Assembly (NCBI RefSeq): GCF_013149785.1
Contig: NZ_JABEZU010000001.1
Coordinates: 1,364,001 to 1,428,000 of the forward strand
DNA: 64,000 bases
Origin: Isoptericola halotolerans
GTDB taxonomy: Bacteria; Actinomycetota; Actinomycetes; Actinomycetales; Cellulomonadaceae
Direction: 5' to 3'
The notes under the pieces are model-generated. The model ran no database searches. It saw only the letters and a list, made by a program, of their open reading frames with translations, and was not told the DNA's origin. How positions within the stretch are numbered: the stretch's first letter is position 1; every line of letters starts with the position of its first letter. Shown here one piece after another: positions 60,721 to 64,000 of this stretch. Position numbers and translations under genes: made by a program.

Positions 60721-61577
60721 GACGCCAGGTCCTCACCGGTACCGCCGGGGTGATCTCCCTGGTCGCGCTGTGGGAGGGGTACAAGCTCCTCGCGCCCGAC
60801 GACGGCGTGGTCGTCGCCGGGATGACGGTGCTGCCGCGCGCGAACGACGTCGCCATGCCGCACTTGTGGGACATGGCGGCCCGGGCGGCCGCGCCGGTGA
60901 CGTCCGCCCCCGGGGCCGACCCGCTGTGGCTCGCCGTGGGGCAGGCCGCGGCGTTCACGCTCGGGGTCGCCGCGGTGGGCTGGGTGATCGGCGTGACCGT
61001 CGGTCTGCTCACGGCGACCCTCATGCAGAGGTTCCGCACGGCGGAGTCCGCCCTGCTGCCGTGGGTCGTGCTCAGCCAGACCGTCCCGCTCATCGCGCTC
61101 GCCCCGCTGGTGCGCCGCTGGGGGAGCCAGCTCGAGATCGGCGCGTTCGCCTGGCAGGACTGGATGTCGGTGGCCGTCATCGCCTCCTACCTCGCGTTCT
61201 TCCCGGTCTCCGTCGGGGCGCTGCGCGGGCTGTCCTCGCCCGACGCCGTCCACGTCGACCTGCTGCGGTCCTACGGGGTGGGCTGGTGGCGCACCTACTC
61301 CACGCTGCGGCTGCCCGCCGCGGTGCCCCACCTGCTGCCCGCCGTGCGCCTGGCCGCAGCCAACGCCGTCGTCGGCGCCGTCGTCGCCGAGGTCTCCATC
61401 GGCCTGCGCGGCGGCATCGGCCGCATGATCGTCGAGTTCGGCGCCAGCGCGAGCGCCGACCCGGCCAAGCAGTGGTCGCCCATCGCCGGCGCCGTCGTCG
61501 TCGGCCTCGTCGCCGCGGGCGTGTGCGTCCTGCTCTCCCGTGCCCTGGACCGCTACCGCGTCTCGGAGGTCTCATGA
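60717..61577 (+). CDS. ABC permease (SsuC/TauC type)
   Basis: SQTVPLIALAP, FFPV, LRLPAA; ATGA overlap. Confidence 0.9.
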   Translation: MRRQVLTGTAGVISLVALWEGYKLLAPDDGVVVAGMTVLPRANDVAMPHLWDMAARAAAPVTSAPGADPLWLAVGQAAAFTLGVAAVGWVIGVTVGLLTATLMQRFRTAESALLPWVVLSQTVPLIALAPLVRRWGSQLEIGAFAWQDWMSVAVIASYLAFFPVSVGALRGLSSPDAVHVDLLRSYGVGWWRTYSTLRLPAAVPHLLPAVRLAAANAVVGAVVAEVSIGLRGGIGRMIVEFGASASADPAKQWSPIAGAVVVGLVAAGVCVLLSRALDRYRVSEVS

Positions 61578-62470
61578 GTGCCACCGCCCCCACCAGCCGG
61601 TCCGCCCGGTCCGGTCCCGTCGAGCCGGTCGGCCCACCGGACGGCTCCGCCGCCACGGCAGCCGCGGCCGCGGTCGAGGTGCGCGGCGTCAGCCGTCGGT
61701 TCGCCTCGCGGTCGGGCGACGTGGTGGCGCTCTCGGACGTCGACCTCACCGTGCGGGCAGGGGAGTTCGTCTCGCTCATCGGCCCGTCCGGGTGCGGCAA
61801 GTCGACGCTCCTGCGCCTGATCGCCGACCTCGACCGGCCGACCGGCGGCGAGCTGACGGTCTTCGGCAGGCCGCCGCACGTGGCGCGGCAGAACCATGAC
61901 TTCGGCATCGCGTTCCAGCAGGCCGGCCTGCTGCCCTGGCGATCGGTCCGGGCCAACGTCGAGCTCCCGCTCGAGCTGCACGGCACCGGTCGCGCTGCGC
62001 GACGTGCCCGGGCCGCAGAGCTGCTCGGGCTCGTCGGTCTCGCCGACTTCGCCGACCACCGCCCGGACCAGCTCTCGGGCGGGATGCAGCAGCGGGTCGC
62101 GATCGCCCGGGCGCTCGCCGAGAGCCCCAGCCTGCTGCTCATGGACGAGCCGTTCGGCGCGCTCGACGAGATGACCCGTGAGCACGTCCAGACGGAGCTG
62201 CTGAGGCTGCGGGCGGAGTCCGGTGCCGCCGTCGTCTTCGTCACCCACTCCATCCCCGAGGCCGTGTACCTCTCGGACCGGGTCGTCGTGATGTCCGCCC
62301 GGCCGGGCCGGGTCCGCGAGATCGTGCCGGTCGCGCTCGGCAGCGCCGGTGACCGGACCGAGGAGCTGCGCGAGGACGACCAGTTCTTCGACCGGGTGCG
62401 GGCCGTGCGCGAGGCGCTCCACGGCACGGACCCCGCCGACGGCACCGCGCGCGGGGTGGACCAGCGGTGA
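61574..62470 (+). CDS. ABC ATP-binding subunit (SsuB/TauB type)
   Basis: GPSGCGKS, LSGGMQQR, MDEPFGALD. Confidence 0.93.
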   Translation: MSATAPTSRSARSGPVEPVGPPDGSAATAAAAAVEVRGVSRRFASRSGDVVALSDVDLTVRAGEFVSLIGPSGCGKSTLLRLIADLDRPTGGELTVFGRPPHVARQNHDFGIAFQQAGLLPWRSVRANVELPLELHGTGRAARRARAAELLGLVGLADFADHRPDQLSGGMQQRVAIARALAESPSLLLMDEPFGALDEMTREHVQTELLRLRAESGAAVVFVTHSIPEAVYLSDRVVVMSARPGRVREIVPVALGSAGDRTEELREDDQFFDRVRAVREALHGTDPADGTARGVDQR

Positions 62471-63243
62471 GGGCGGCCGGCCGGTGGCGTGAGGTTCTCG
62501 CGCCCGTCCTGCTCGGTGTCGTGGCGCTGCTGGCGTGGCAGGCGACCGTGATCGGCCTGGAGCTCCGGCCGTTCGTCGTGCCGAGCCCCACCGCGATCGG
62601 CGAGCAGCTCGTGGACCACGCCGCGGTGATCGCGGCGGCGAGCTGGTCGACGGCTCGCAACGCCTTCTGGGGACTGGTGATCGGTGTGGCCGTGGCGCTG
62701 CTGGCCGCCGCGGTGTCCGCCGCCGTGCGGGTGGTGGACGAGATGACCGCGCCGCTCGTCGCCGCGGCCGCCGTCGTGCCGATCGTGGCGCTGGCCCCGG
62801 TGCTGTACACGATGTTCGGCGCGAACGCGCAGACCGCACGGGTCGTCGTGGCCGCGATCGTGTCGTTCGTCCCGGTCTACGTCAACACGCTGCGGGGCCT
62901 GCGGACGGTCACGCCGGTCCACCGTGACCTCATGCGGGTCTACGCGGCGACCCGCCGCCAGGCGACACGGGTGGTCACCCTCCCCGGAGCGCTGCCGTTC
63001 TTCTTCTCCGGGCTGCGGGTCGCGGCGTCCGTGGCCGTCATCTCCGCCCTGGTCGCCGAGTACTTCGGCGGTCCGGTGGACGGGCTCGGCAAGGCGATCA
63101 CCTCTGCCGTGTCGTCGAGCAACTACCCGCTCGCCTGGGCCTACGTCGTCGGGGCCGTCGTCATCGGCCTCGTCTTCTTCTGCGCCACGCTCGCCCTCGA
63201 GCGCGGTGTGCTCCACCGCGGGAACCTCCGCCAGCGACCCTGA
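62467..63243 (+). CDS. ABC permease (SsuC/TauC type)
   Basis: PSP, PIVALAP, AEYF. Confidence 0.9.
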   Translation: MRAAGRWREVLAPVLLGVVALLAWQATVIGLELRPFVVPSPTAIGEQLVDHAAVIAAASWSTARNAFWGLVIGVAVALLAAAVSAAVRVVDEMTAPLVAAAAVVPIVALAPVLYTMFGANAQTARVVVAAIVSFVPVYVNTLRGLRTVTPVHRDLMRVYAATRRQATRVVTLPGALPFFFSGLRVAASVAVISALVAEYFGGPVDGLGKAITSAVSSSNYPLAWAYVVGAVVIGLVFFCATLALERGVLHRGNLRQRP

Positions 63244-63265
63244 ACGACCACGAGAGGAACGGAAC

Positions 63266-64000
63266 ATGAAGCACACAGCGCGCACCACCCTCGGGATCGG
63301 TGCGATGGCGACCACCGCCGCGCTCGCCCTGTCGGCCTGTGCCGGCGAGGCCGAGTCGGCCGACGTCGGCTCGGGCGACGGGCTGACGCCCGTCACCCTG
63401 CAGCTGCAGTGGGTGGCGCAGGCGCAGTTCGCCGGCTACTACGCGGCGCTCGACCAGGGCTACTACGAGGACGAAGGACTCGACGTCACGATCGTCGAGG
63501 CCGGCACCGACACCGTCCCGATCGACGTCCTCGCCGCCGGCGACGCCGACTACGCGATCTCCTGGGTGCCCAAGGTGCTCGGCTCCATCGAGCAGGGCAC
63601 CGAGGTGACGAACGTCGCCCAGGTGTTCGAGCGCTCCGGGACGCTGCAGATCGCGTTCGCGGACTCGGGCATCTCGGGACCGGAGGACCTCGCGGGCAAG
63701 AACGTCGGCTCCTGGGGCTACGGGAACGAGTGGGAGCTGTTCGCCGGGATGCAGGAGGCGGGCCTGGACACCTCGAGCGACATCTCCCTGGTGCAGCAGG
63801 CCTTCGACATGAACGGGTTCCTCGCCGGAGACATCGATGCGGCGCAGGCGATGACGTACAACGAGTACGCGCAGGTGCTGGAGACCGTGAACCCCGACAC
63901 CGGGGAGCTCTACCAGCCGGAGGACCTGACCGTCATCGACTGGAACGACGTCGGCACCGCCATGCTGCAGGACGCCATCTGGGCCGACACCGCGCGGCTG
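63266..64000 (+). CDS. NMT1/THI5-like ABC substrate-binding lipoprotein (truncated by window end)
   Basis: LSAC lipobox; LQLQWVAQAQFAGYY; open to the end of the window. Confidence 0.88.
   Translation, partial: MKHTARTTLGIGAMATTAALALSACAGEAESADVGSGDGLTPVTLQLQWVAQAQFAGYYAALDQGYYEDEGLDVTIVEAGTDTVPIDVLAAGDADYAISWVPKVLGSIEQGTEVTNVAQVFERSGTLQIAFADSGISGPEDLAGKNVGSWGYGNEWELFAGMQEAGLDTSSDISLVQQAFDMNGFLAGDIDAAQAMTYNEYAQVLETVNPDTGELYQPEDLTVIDWNDVGTAMLQDAIWADTARL

Overview
High-GC actinobacterial chromosome segment, Micrococcales-like by gene content (probably Cellulomonadaceae-type; taxonomy is inferred). The core backbone is cysK, tRNA-Gly/tRNA-Pro, tig-clpP1-clpP2-clpX and valS. Accessory genes include secreted enzymes (AA10 LPMO-CBM2, GH43 arabinanase, a lamin-tail/metallophosphoesterase, a TAP-like peptidase), several regulator-oxidoreductase pairs and an eroded CDF transporter. 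I saw no integrase, transposase, CRISPR array or rRNA. The strongest signals are: (1) a dispersed F420 module (cofE plus an F420 LLM enzyme, and a putative F420-0 ABC importer with a compact riboswitch-like 5' leader); (2) a reductive pyrimidine catabolism operon in which an LLM/F420-type oxidoreductase sits where dihydropyrimidine dehydrogenase would be expected; (3) three unannotated leader-peptide/attenuator candidates (a Cys-ending uORF before cysK, a Pro/rare-codon uORF before corA, and a rare-codon leaderless uORF before an MFS gene); (4) a release-factor-fold protein without GGQ (Balon-like candidate). Family calls come from motif recognition by eye, not database searches, and start codons were chosen by hand.
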